Below are positions 26,805 to 39,129 of a stretch of DNA of 64,000 bases, piece by piece. Source of the stretch: Chiloscyllium plagiosum (lineage: Eukaryota); contig NC_057719.1 in assembly GCF_004010195.1 (NCBI RefSeq), positions 46,790,230-46,854,229 on the forward strand. Reading direction: 5' to 3'. The stretch's first letter is position 1. Every line of letters starts with the position of its first letter. A program made the position numbers and the translations under genes. Below the pieces are notes generated by a model that searched no databases, was not told the origin of the DNA, and worked only from the letters and a program-made list of their open reading frames with translations.

Positions 26805-26940
26805 GAAACAAAATACTGTGAACACAGGAAATCTAAAACGAAAACAGAATGTGCGAGAGAAACTCAGCAGGCTTGGTAGTGTCTGTGGGAGGGAGGCACA
26901 GAGTGAATATTTTAAGTCCAACTGACTCTTTCAGAATTTG
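26805..26940 (-). mobile_element. Older Penelope-type pLTR fragment
   Basis: aaaacagaatgtgc...aaactcagcagg...tctgtgg...ctctttcagaa; same layout as 51854-51974. Confidence 0.55.
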
Positions 26941-26994
26941 GATGGTGAGGTGTCCAAAACAAAAGATCACAAACTCAGGATAAGAGGTGGATCC

Positions 26995-27400
26995 TTTTGG
27001 AATACTGCATTCAATTCTGGTCTCCCTGTTCTAGGAAAGATGCTATTAAACTTGAAAGGGTTCAGAAAAGACTTACAAGGATGTTGCCAGGGTTGGAGGA
27101 TTTGAGCTACAGGGAGAGGTTGAATAGGCTAGGGCTCTTTTCCCTTGAGTGTCGGAGGCTGAGGGGTGACTTATAGAGGTTTACAAAATTATGAGGGGCA
27201 TGGATTGGATAAATAGACAAAGTCTTAGAAGAATTGCAACATTTAAAAGGCATCTGGATGGGTATATGTATAGGAAGGGTTTGGAGGGATATGGGCCAAG
27301 TGCTGGCAGGTGGGACTAGACTGGGTTGGGATATCTGGTCAGCATGGACGGGTTGGACTGAAGGGTCTGTTTCTGTGCTGTAATGTCTATGACTCTATGA
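26995..27400 (+). mobile_element. CR1 3' end with internal deletion
   Basis: ggaatactgc...aggatgttgccagggttggagg...ctatgactctatga tail. Confidence 0.9.
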
Positions 27401-30400
27401 CCTGTATTTTCTTGTTCCAAAGTGGATGATTGTACACTTGCCAACAAGGAAATCCATTTAACACATTGTTTTTCATTTATTGCATCTAATAATATCAAAC
27501 TGCAATATCTGTACTGCTTACTATATCTTTGGCAAAGTTGGATATGTGGCCCTTTGTCTTGTTATCTACATCCCACTGCAGCTGTGGGTCTGCAAAGGCT
27601 TGGTCCAGTGTCTGTTACTCAGGTTATCCAAAGCACTGGTTAAAGTACAATCTTGTGCTGGTCTGCTCCATCATATTCTGTTGTAGCTCTGGACCATATG
27701 AACATAGCAGGAGAGATCATCTGACAACTATGCAGCCATGTCAATGATGGACAACCTTTCCTGGACATATTGCTTCATGGAACAACAGAATTTCCTCATG
27801 GAGACAGTGGAGAAAGATTTCCATCTGCCTGTGGTTAGAGAAGATATTTACACGAACGTGTCCTGAGTTATCTTGTACTTCTTAACGAACTGATTTGTGT
27901 GAATTCCATGACAGCTGATGTAATGTGCATGAAGATTCGATAAAGATGAAAAGGTACTTTTGTTGCACACTCCAATAGAAGAATATGGGGAATAATAAGG
28001 TCAGGCAAGAGTAGGGCTTGGCTCAATCATTATATTTCAGAAAACCTCGATAAATTGAAACCATTTCACATGTTGGTCAAATAGGCAACATGTTACTCAG
28101 CAACTAAGAAAGCACTGGATTTTACAGACCTGAACCTGTAAGTCCTTCTGGAGGAAAAGGAGCTAAAGTGACACAAGCTGTCGGGTATTCATGTCGGCAA
28201 TCTGATAGAAATCTGCTGTTCATTTCAGACTCAAGGTCCTGACATTACAAACTAACACGATATTTTCTAGAGTCTCCTTCTCAGGTCTGAATAAGAGCAG
28301 TCCCAATTAGGAATGGAGCAATGCAACATTCTAGAGTGGAGAATTTGACATATCTTTCTGACATATCCTTCTCTTTCTGACCACAATCTCTCGGAAAAAT
28401 GCAATTCCTTTGCTTACTTTTTTTCCAATGATTTCCAATAAGCCAGGAATCTCTTTTTCTTGCTTGATCAAGGAAATGAAAGCTGGGAACATTAAGTCTG
28501 ACTGGGATAGTTTACAAAAATAGTATCCAAGACACTGATAAGTAGATGCTATTCTATTTAAAGACTACTATATAGGCTGCATTTATGCTGTTACACTTGT
28601 GTCAATATGAAGTGGTTTTGGATGAACATCGACCTAAAAATGGCAATATAATTCACAAGATTACTGAGCACAGTAGTAAAATCCTCAGTTAAAAGATTCC
28701 TTTAGATGACTGCTTGAGCCTTTGATGCAGCTTTGAGTTCTGAAAGCATGCAGTACACATCCAGATTTTCACTTAAGATTTGCACTGTTTGAATGCAATT
28801 TCATATTTTAACAATTCCACGAAAAGAGAAGGATTTTGCATGTGAGCAAGGCCACAAAAGATCAATGAACCATTATTAAAACACTGGAGAATAATAAATA
28901 TTAGAGAAATATCACTAAGTAGCACTCTGATCAAAAGGTTCAAATGACTGAATTCGGGGATAAGATTACATTCTTGAAACTGCTCCAGGGCGTTTACATC
29001 ATGGGGTGATTTAATTCTGATTTGGAATTTGTGCCAACAGTAGTTCTTAATGAAAGTAAGAGAGCCAGTTTTTTTGTACATATTTTATGCATAATAAAAT
29101 CTAAACAGAAAAATTGTTGCATGTGACAATTATAGCAAGAAATAATATGGGCAAATTAATTTTTAATGAAAAGTCATTAAAAGTAAAAATAAATCTTAAC
29201 CTGTATTAAGAATGTGTGTTAGAAGTGGGAACATTTCTACTGTTTGACTGTTTTACCCATGGCATTGTTCTTAGATTCAGGATGTCAGGCCACTATTAGT
29301 AATCACTATATCTGTATGGCCTAGAGTCTTTCTTTACCTGCACAACATCTGGTTAATTTATAATAGCCCTAGGGATTAGATAGAAACTCCTTCTTCATTT
29401 TAGCTACTTGTTATTAACCATGGCTTCAGGTGTTCTTCCTTGACTTTAGAAGATGGTACAGTGAACATTGTACCAGATTGTGGTTTAGGCTATAAACTGG
29501 TAAGTGTAAGTATTAAACACTAAACAAATTAATGAGTAAAGGCAATGACACATTGGAGGTCTTCAGCATCACAGACCAAATGATCCTAATCTGAAGAAAG
29601 AAAGTAGTAAAGAGTCATGTCTGTTTTGTTAAACTGGTACAGGCACATGGACCAGGTACAGCTATTATCCTTTATGGAGCAGATTGCCATTTATTATTCA
29701 CTGTCACTGTCCAATTCAATCTGTCTCTTTCTCAAGGCTTCATACACACTACATAAATGTTACACAGAGGTGGTAACCATGCCCTTGGCTGAAGAGTCTG
29801 GAGTGAATGTGCTAGCACTGGCCCTCGATGCCACAGCCAGATTTTATGGCCATCAAGCTATTAGTTGCTTGCTTCTACTCTTGTGATATACAATGTCTTG
29901 TCTTCAAGAACAGTCAGTCAAGGCGGTCAACAGCTCCCCTAAACTGAGTAGCATCACCAAAACCTGTGGCTAATATGGGAACTGCAGCCAGACCCTGAGT
30001 AGGAGTTTTGTTGGAGGCGAGAATTCAAGGTAAATGGAAGATCCTCAGAAGGGCCTGTCAGGCAGTCCCAGCATGGGATGAATGGGGATTGAGTGGGAGG
30101 CTGGGGTTAAGGTGCTGCCCTTGCTGCTCAGGGGGACACTATGGGTCACACGGTGCCCAAATAGAAGGCAAAGTCTGGCCGTCATCCCAACCACTGGAAA
30201 AATATCAGAGCGTAGTAAAGTATAGGCAATGTCCACTTCCAGAGTGATCATAAAATGTTAGCCATATGATGTTGACAGACATGTAGGATTGAAGCATGTA
30301 TTCACTCTGCTGCTTGTCATGTGAATAAAATGTTTCCTCAATTGGATCCAGATCCTGAAGGTGATGCTCTTAAAGCTGAGCATTTAAATCTCTCCCTGGG

Positions 30401-31180
30401 CCTGATGATGATCAGACTTGGCAAGTTTGCTCCCACTTGTGGGAAAATGTATCCCTCTTTACCCTTATTGCTTGCAAAGGGGCTTCTGAACATCAAAGGA
30501 TCTTGGAGCTTGCTTTCTGTTCATCTTCTAGTCTGCAACACTAAAACAGAATAATGACTCCACAAATCCGTAAAGAGTTAAGTTAGACTCTGGAGGTCTG
30601 CTGGGAATTATACCCAGAAAATGGGCAGCATGCCAGTTGGATGGGAAGCCCACTAATCAAGAGTTTTGGAAGCTTGAGGATTAAATGACCCTGGGCCTGA
30701 AAAATAAGATGGGGGATGCTGTTAGTTGTCAGCGCACTCTGGGTAAAAATCCACCCTGAAGCTTCTATTGAATGTGGGTGTTCACCAGAAGACTGGAGAA
30801 GGGCCAATGTTGTAGCCATTTTTAAAAAGGTCTAATCTAAGTAATTAGAGGCCAGTTAGCTCAACATCTGTGGGAGGGAAAATAAAACGTCTTTAATTAA
30901 AGATGAAATTACCACGTATCTAGATAAAGAGAAAATAGTTGGAAGTAACCATCACCGAGCGCACAAGGGCTGAACATCATGGACAAACCTTGTAGAATCT
31001 TCAGAATAATCAACAGATTAATTAGGAAAATGCAGTGGATGTATTTTACATAGGTTTTAAAGAAGCTTTTGACTGGGTATCTCGCAGCAAATTTTTCGAG
31101 GAGGTGAAGATTATCAGATTTTGGGAAAAAATAACAATGTAGATTCACAATTGATTAAAAAGAATACAAATTGAACTGGA

Positions 31181-31786
31181 TGTTGTGGTTCTGTTCGCCG
31201 AGCTGGGAATTTGTGTTGCAGACGTTTCGTACCCTGTCTAGGTGACATCCTCAGTGCTTGGGAGCCTCCTGTGAAGCGCTTCTGTGATCTTTCCTCCTAT
31301 AATAGGATAGCTGGTCATGTCGTTTCGTGGCTAGTTGGTGTTCATGGATGTGGATCGTTAGCATCCATGAACACCAACTAGCCACGAAACAACACGACCA
31401 GCTATCCTTAGTAACCACACACGCAGATGACAAGGAACATGAATTCAACTGGGACAATACTACTATTATAGGACAAGCCAAACAGAGAACAGCCAGGGAA
31501 TTCCTAGAGGCATGGCACTCATCCACAGATTCAATCAATAAGCACATCGACCTGGACCCAATATACCGACCACTGCAGCGGACAGCTGGAACTGACAACC
31601 GGAAGCGGCAGATTCAAACCACTACAAATGCCAGAGGAAAGATCACAGAAGCGCTTCACAGGAGGCTCCCAAGCACTGAGGATGTCACCTAGACAGGGGA
31701 CGAAACGTCTGCAACACAAATTCCCAGCTCGGCGAACAGAACCACAACAACGAGCACCCGAGCTACAAATCTTCTCACAGACTTTG
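31181..31786 (+). mobile_element. Penelope-like insertion with inverted pLTR, GIY-YIG C-terminal fragment and two hammerhead motifs
   Basis: 13-bp TSD aaattgaactgga (31168-31180 / 31787-31799); 116-bp inverted repeat 31181-31296 / 31634-31749; ORF HEHQLATK...HEFNWDNTTIIGQAKQRTAREFLEAWHS. Confidence 0.92.
31673..31712 (+). ncRNA. Minimal type I hammerhead ribozyme motif
   Basis: gca-CTGAGGA-t-gtcacct-agac-aggggac-GAAA-c-GTC-tgc: core boxes, stem II, palindromic acgt stem III, short stem I. Mirror copy on minus strand at 31218-31257. Confidence 0.75.
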
Positions 31787-32199
31787 AAATTGAACTGGAG
31801 TTAAGGCATTTATTTAGAGTGGTTGGAAGTGGGCTGTGGTGTCCAAAGGGTTTAATTTTAGGTTCACACGTTGCCACTGTGTTTATCGATGGCTTGGATA
31901 TAGGCCTAGAGGGAGTGTGTCAAATTTTACAGCTAATCACAAAATTGGAAGATAACTAAATTGTCAACAAACCAAAGAAAACTGAAAATGGATATCAATA
32001 AGATGAGGAATGGCTTAAATTCAGATGGAATTCAATGCTTTAAGTATATTTTGTAAAATTAAAATTGCAGTAGTAATTATAATCCAGCTGAAAATAGACT
32101 CAATGTTGTGAAAAAGCAAAGATGGCACAAGACAGTACCACAATGATGAAGGTACACAAAGAGACAGATGCATTTCTGGATTTTCAGTTGTAAATTTTA

Positions 32200-32530
32200 A
32201 ATTTGATTCTGATTTTCTTTTGTTAAACAAAGGTATTAAGGGATATGGGCTATAGACAGGAATACGGAGTTAGGTCATAGGTCAGCCATGATCTCATTGA
32301 ATGGTGCAACAAGCTTGGGAGCTGAATGGCCTACTCCTGCAGGTTAGTTGGATTGGCCATGCTAAATTGCCCATAGTGTCCAGAGATACGCTGGCTAAGT
32401 GGATTAGCTGTGTGAAATGCCAAGTTACAGGGATAGGGTAGGGTAGTGGTTCTGGGTGGGATGTTCTTCAGTGGGCTGGTGTGGACTCGATGGACTGAAT
32501 GACCTGTTTCCATGCTGGAGGGATTCTACG
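32200..32530 (+). mobile_element. CR1 tail fused to the 3' half of an HE1-like SINE
   Basis: tcagccatgatctcattgaatgg...cctactcctgc, then aggttag...ggccatgctaaattgccc. Confidence 0.75.
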
Positions 32531-33661
32531 ATATTGGTAGCAAGCGTGCAAATTTGATTTGGAGGGTAAAACTCAGGTGGGACTCATTCTTGGTACAAAA
32601 TAAAACATTGAGGACCCATCACCTTGCCCCCAGAACATTAGTATAGGAATTCTTCCTATTTCTTGATCAATATTTTCTCAAAGCTCTGAAGCAGGTGGAG
32701 ACTTAAACCAAGTCCTGCTGGTTTTGAGATAAAGACACTCCCACTGTGCCACAAAGGCCCTCATTCTGCTGGGCCTTTTCTTCATTAGTACTATTATTGA
32801 ATGTCTATTATGGTCTGGCAGGCATGCCTGAAAGAGATATTGTGTAAGCAACCAGTTTGGGAAGAAGGTTATCACACACCTCTAAAGCAGGTGGAATTTG
32901 AATCCAGGCTTAGAAGTAAGGACATTGTTACTGTGCAACAAGAGTGCAAAGCTCTTCGGGATAGATATTGCCAGTCAACCTGTTTAGATATGTTATTACG
33001 CACTTCTGGGGCAGATAGGATTATGAACCTGAGCATCCTGGCTCAGAGGTATGGTCACTAGCACAGCACAACAACAACGCTTAAGCTCTTCCAGTAGCCT
33101 CTCAGCCCAACTATTTTCAGCTGCTTCATTAATGGTTTTCAATCAGTTTTAACATCAGCACTGGTATTATTTACTGATAAGTGCCATAGGGTTCAGTTGC
33201 ATTTTAAATAATGCAGCGTAGTTTGTCTCTTTCTAAGTTGCCAGCACCTTCCTAATCCAAAATTCTTCTACCTTCTCCCAGTGGTACTTTACAATTTATA
33301 TACACAGCTTAAAGATGAATATACAAAACTAAGGCTTTTGGGATCATATTGGTGCGGATTTCAGTCAGTTAGTCTTAAATCTTTACAATAGGCTGCCCAG
33401 GGAGATGGTGCCTGTAGTTTGCATTAATTCATTCAAATTTAAAAGAACACATTGTGTTCAGAAAATAATTTTGTGGATGCAATGTGTGAGTAATTTGAGA
33501 CTGTTATCTGGTAAATGTAACAGATTTGAGAGAAAACTTTGAACTGAGGGTCCTCAAAACTTTCTGCAACTGAGAGGTTTCTCTCCCCCTGCCTGGATCT
33601 ATTACAGCTTAATTGATGGATATGGAACATCATGACAAATCAACTAACATTATTGTCTCAT

Positions 33662-33775
33662 TAGGGGCTCTTGTGGTGCAGTGGTAGTGTCCCTACCTCT
33701 GAATCAGCAGAGCTGGGTTCTAGTCTCACCTATTCCAGAGATGTCTTATTACATCCTGAATAGGTTGATTGAAAA
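33662..33775 (+). mobile_element. Short tRNA-derived SINE head (related copies ~18490-18600 + and ~32680-32760 -)
   Basis: ggggctcttgtggtgcagtggtagtgtccctacctctga...ctgggttctagtc (A/B boxes). Confidence 0.6.
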
Positions 33776-35404
33776 TAGCTGTTATTATATCATTTTACTG
33801 TCCAAATAGTAGAAGCAGAACTAGATCAATTTGGGCTGTTTATCTCAAGCAATTCCCATGTTCCGGGTTATGGTGTCTTTATTCTAACACTGAATTTCAT
33901 TGATAAGATGAGCAAAATAAAAAGTTTCATTAGACCCCCACCTTTCTCTTTCTAGAAGAGATACCGAAATTCCTCAACTTTTCAGTTGTGTCTAGTTGTC
34001 ATAGTCATACTATATAACAATTATAATTAACTTGCATTTCTCCTTGACTATCTCTATTTCTTTATTCAATGTTTTAAGCTTTTTTTTTCTTTCCTTGGCT
34101 CCATTGGATCATCAGAATCCAGGCGTGATAATAAAAACTGCTAGAATCTAACTTCAGTGAATATACCCTCACATTGTATCAACTCAGTTGCAGGGTATTG
34201 TGGCAGTGAGCTGGACAGTCATTAGTTAATGTAAATGAGGTTGAACAAGCTAGCTGACTACAGACATACTCAAATTTCATTGCCAACAGCACACTAAACA
34301 CTATTACCCTCAAAATTCGGAAATAGTCTCTAACCAAGATTTTGTGACCTGATATAAATTTCAACTATATTTGTGCATTTCTAAATTTGTTTACTGGCAG
34401 AAATAGCCAATATGAGACTATCAGAAATGTAATACATGTAAAAACCTCACACTGAGCAGAATGCATTAAGGTTTGTCTAAGTCATTAGGTCTCTTAATCA
34501 TGTAAATACTTTCAGTTTAAAAGGCCATGATATAGGTTTGATCTAACCCAAGACCCTGGACTCGTCGGTCCTCCAAATGTTGCCTTGTAGACATATTATA
34601 AGAGACATTTTGTAAAGATGGACCTTTATCTGGACCTTACATCAAAGGCTAATACTACACTCTAATGTCAATTAAATAGCACTTGGAAGCACAGAAGTCG
34701 ATTGTAACACTCTATGGTGAGTGAGCACAAATAGATAGGTTTGAGGTTTATGCTTGCCAAGCAATCACTGGGAACCACTGGGCATTGTCGGAAAAGTGAG
34801 CTCTTCTTTTTCAAGTGACAGCAAATTAGTGAGAAGAAAGTCAGCTGCTTGCTTTAGTAGGTTAGAATGTAAAATTAAATGCATCATTTAATATTTTATT
34901 TCCGGAGGTGCGTTTAAAAAAAACACCATGACTTGATTATATCCTATTAGTGAAGAACTTAATCCAAGAAGATACATTTCAGAAATTGTTCATGCTGCTG
35001 CCATTCTGTTGTGTCCATTATTTTGCCCAGTGCTTTAATGGTAGTTGAGAGCCCCTGTAATTATAGTTTAATTGTATAATAGAGGAACAGTATCAGTGTA
35101 GCACAGAGGAAAGGAATGTAAGGCAGCATTTAAGGAGGTATTGTCCTGTAAAATATTACTCCACTCAGGCCACCTGAATCATATCTATTTCTGCTATTAC
35201 CATTATAATCACCTGCCCACACACTCCAATCTTGACCATGAAAGACTTGATCACAATTAACTTGCTACAGGGCCATTTCAAGAATCAGTTGGAAGTCTGT
35301 GCAGTGTTAGCCAAGGGCCTTCTCGAGATCATTGATCAAGTCACTGACAGACATTTTAGGAGATCTGGGATGTTCGTCTGGTTTAGCTTGATACCAAGTT
35401 AACT

Positions 35405-35610
35405 AGATTCCATTCCCTACAGTGCAGAAACAGGCCCTTCGGCCCAACAAGTCCACACTGAACGTCCGAAGAGTAACCCACCCAGACCCATTCCCCTACC
35501 AATGCATCTGTCACTATGGGCAATTTAGCCTGGCCAATTCACCTGACGTGCAGATCTTTGGACTGTGGGAGGAAACCAGTGCACCCGGAGGAAACCCACG
35601 CAGACACAGG
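35405..35610 (-). mobile_element. HE1-like SINE 3' half
   Basis: caggcccttcggcccaacaagtccacac...tttggactgtgggaggaaacc. Confidence 0.85.
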
Positions 35611-37564
35611 TTAAGGCCATTTGTTTTACCATGTTGCTGGGTTCTCCAAAGTGAAGGATCCAAGAGATGGCAATAATATTCTCATTATCATCCCCAACTG
35701 TTAACCAACTCAACTTCCTCTACAGAAAGGAGCCCTGTTCCTTGAACATTCGTATTATTGTAAAGTATACTTTAGACACAAACTATGCTTAGCAAAGCAT
35801 ACTAAAGAGAATCTTTCATATCAGTACAAGATTGCTGAAAGTTGAGACAGTGGAATTTTGTATTTCTTGAGATCTTCAAGCAAGTTAGCTACAGCTTGTG
35901 AGTGACAAGGCATCTATTTTTTGCTGCCATCAACAGTGATTCCACAAGCAGTACAAAAACAACACGGAGAAGCAGTACAACTTCTCAAAGAGTGACCAAT
36001 GAGCTGAACATTCTGATTTTCAATGGGTAATCAATCAGCCTTAGTTTTTGGGCTTTGCAATATCCTTCAGGTGGCGATCCACACATTATTTGTAGCTTGC
36101 TCTTTCCTGCTTATTACCTTTTAAAAAACCTGGATGAGTATATTCCTGGAACATGGTCCAATGGACCATGGTCCAGAGCAACATGGGGTATTGCATGAGG
36201 AGAATCATCATTTGAAGAAGTCTGCTCTGGCAGTCGCGAGTCATATCAGGACTCATTTAAACGTTCTTAATCTAATAATATACTTTATAATCTAATAATA
36301 TAATATCATCTACCATTTTTAACTCTGTTAATATTTCTTCTCCTGTACCTTCAAATGAATGAGAAATGTTTAAATTATTCTCCTTTTCATTTTGTCATAT
36401 CATATCCACTTTCTTTGCTTCTATATGATGAGGCTAATTTAATCCATCTGACTGATTAAGTTAAGACAAAATAAGGCACTTTCTCTGACTGAAACTAGTC
36501 TTACAAAAAGCAAAGCAGTGCATAACTGAATGTTCTCCTTTGTAATTATCTGTGAAGGGACCTTAAGACACTAACTATTTTGCCACACCTATCTTCTGTG
36601 CTTATCTCTTTTGGGGTTTTCCCTCCATGTAAGATGAGGGCTGGACACTTCACTTTTGCTGCTGTCCTAAGAAATGTAAAGTTCATCCAGGTCATTCATA
36701 GCCATTACCATTCAACTGGGTTCTGGATCTGTGTCTCCATAGCAGTGGTCTGGCTGCAATCATGACAGCTATGAGATCCTGAAAATTATCAGGGAAACAA
36801 AAGCCAGCATTTGTAAGCAGCAGAGAACCATGGTGCTGGTAGGATGCAGTTAACCTGATGGGACATGACATGTTAGCTTTCTAAGGCAAGATGAAAATAA
36901 AATTGGATATTGAGTTGGATTGAGCAGATCAAGCTTTCCATAGGAACCTATTTGTTATGCATTAGCATGTCAAGCCCAATCAATAAAACACCATTTCACC
37001 AGATTAAATAGTTCCCTAGCAATTAACACTGCAGTGATTGAGGACCTCAGATTCACAATTGGTAAAAGGTGGTGTGAAGCCGGTGGGGTAGTGTTCCTAT
37101 TGGATTTGGACCATGCAGGAACTTCTTTTGTTTCATGGGAAGCTTTGTTAGACTCTTGGAGAGAACGTAATAACACACTGAGATTGAGTGGTGACAGTGT
37201 AAGGGAATCGAGAAATGGCTGGCTGAGGGAGGGATGATAGGTTGTGGTGGATCTGCAAGGGCTTGTGGGAAAGAGGGAAGAAGCTGCATTACAGCGGGAA
37301 GGTCAAAATCTACATTCTAGACGTGAAGCAAGATTGTGGATCGATCCAAAGATAGGAGATTAGAAGATTCTAGCAGCATCTACAGTTTCAATGTGTCCAT
37401 TCACACTGTCAGTTCAATGCTGCTGAATACCAGGGAATGCATCCCTTTCTGGGTGCTACATATTTAAAACTTAAAGCCATAAGGCCATAAGATATAAGAG
37501 CGGAAGTAGGTCATTTGGGCCTGTCTGTTCCAATATTCAATGAGATAATGGATAATCTGGTAAA

Positions 37565-37915
37565 GGGAAGGCAATGGCCGAGTGGTATTATTGCTGGATT
37601 ATTGTCCCAGATAACATTCTGGGTACCTGGGTTTGAATCCCCATGACACATGGTTGAATTTGAATTCAATACTTTTTTTAAAAATCTGAGATTAAGAGTC
37701 TAATGATGACCATGAAACCATTGTTGTTTGTTGGAAAAACCCATCTGGTTCACTAATGTCCTTTAGGGGAGGAAACTGCCAACCCTAGCTGGTCTGGCCT
37801 ACATGTGACTCCAGACTCACAGCAAAGTGGTTGACTTTTAACTGCCGTCTAGGCAATTAGGGATGGGTAATAAATGCTGGTCTAGTCAGCGATGCTCTCA
37901 TCCTGTCAATGAATA
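37565..37915 (+). mobile_element. tRNA-headed SINE inserted in a minus-strand CR1 tail (~37475-38200)
   Basis: atggccgagtggtatt...gggtttgaatccc head; ccatctggttcactaatgtcctttaggg core; CR1 tail sequence resumes on both sides. Confidence 0.8.
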
Positions 37916-39129
37916 AAGAAGTCCTCAACACCACTTTGCTGCCTTTCCCCATAACCCTTGACCCTCTTTCTGATTAAAAATCTATCCAACTCAGCCTTGA
38001 ATATACTTAACAACCCAGCCCCAACAGCTGTCTGTGGTAAAGCATTCTACAGATTGACTTCCCTGAGAGAAAAAGGTTTTTCCTCATCTCTGTCTTAAGC
38101 TCGCAACTCTTTATTCTGAAATTGTGTTGTCTCGTCCTAGACTCTCCCACAAGGAGAAGGAACCTTTCCACATCTAAGCTCCCTTAGAATCTTGTTTATT
38201 TTGATAAGGCTTGAGTTGGAAAGTTTGTGAATACTTGGATTGATTTTGTAAAGAGGTCAATGAAAAAGTAGTGGAACATTATTTTTTGAAAAGGCATATC
38301 TCAGTAGTCACGTGTCATGTAATAACAGCTTTTTACTGGCTGTGATATTTCAGTTTCTGCTTTAGATATTGTTTGAAATAATAGGGGAGAAGCCAGCTGA
38401 AGAAAAAATGTTTTGCAACTGGGTTCTCTTTCTTTCTTTCTGGTAAAAAAATCCTTGTGTTGTGGATCTAGCGTAGTAGATGGAGCTGCTCTTGCATGAG
38501 AAGCCTCTGGAAGGGTTTGTTAATACTGGCTGAATGATTGCATCTGCCAAGGGTCTCATGGACAACTGCATGTATTCATCAACATCTGTTTTCGTGTGAG
38601 AAAGTCAGACTGATAGTCATCTGAGAATTTCAACCATTATCCTTTTTGCCTTCAAGAGCTAAGACATATTGGCCAAACATGTTTTAAAAAGTGAACCTTT
38701 GCAGTGAGCAATCTGCTTTTGTTTTATTTTAGCATGTGTGTGTGCGCACACATCTGGGAGGATAAACATTTACATTTTCATCTGACTAAGTGTGTTAATT
38801 AGATTTGCAATCTCATTGAATACATGTTCTTATAGTAATAATTCTTTAGATATTGTTTTGTGTTTACTGTATAAAACTGTATACTGAATTTATGATGTGA
38901 CGCATGGAGTAGTGGGACTGGAGACAATAGTACATTGCTCCCACTGAACTTTAACCCCTTGCTTATTAGGAATGAACTACAGTCTTTAAAATATTAAAAT
39001 ATTCTGCTTCGATTGCCTTTTGGTGAAGAGAGTTCCAAAGACCAGAAAGAGGAAGAGTTAAAATAAGTGATTCGGATTAATTTGGACAGAAAACTAAAAG
39101 ACAGTAATAGAAACTACATTTTCTCAAAC

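Larger units (their letters stand above)
30760..32060 (+). mobile_element. Highly decayed CR1 RT region hosting the Penelope insert
   Basis: PEDWRRANVVAIFKK and RPVSSTSV motifs at ~30785-30870. Confidence 0.7.
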
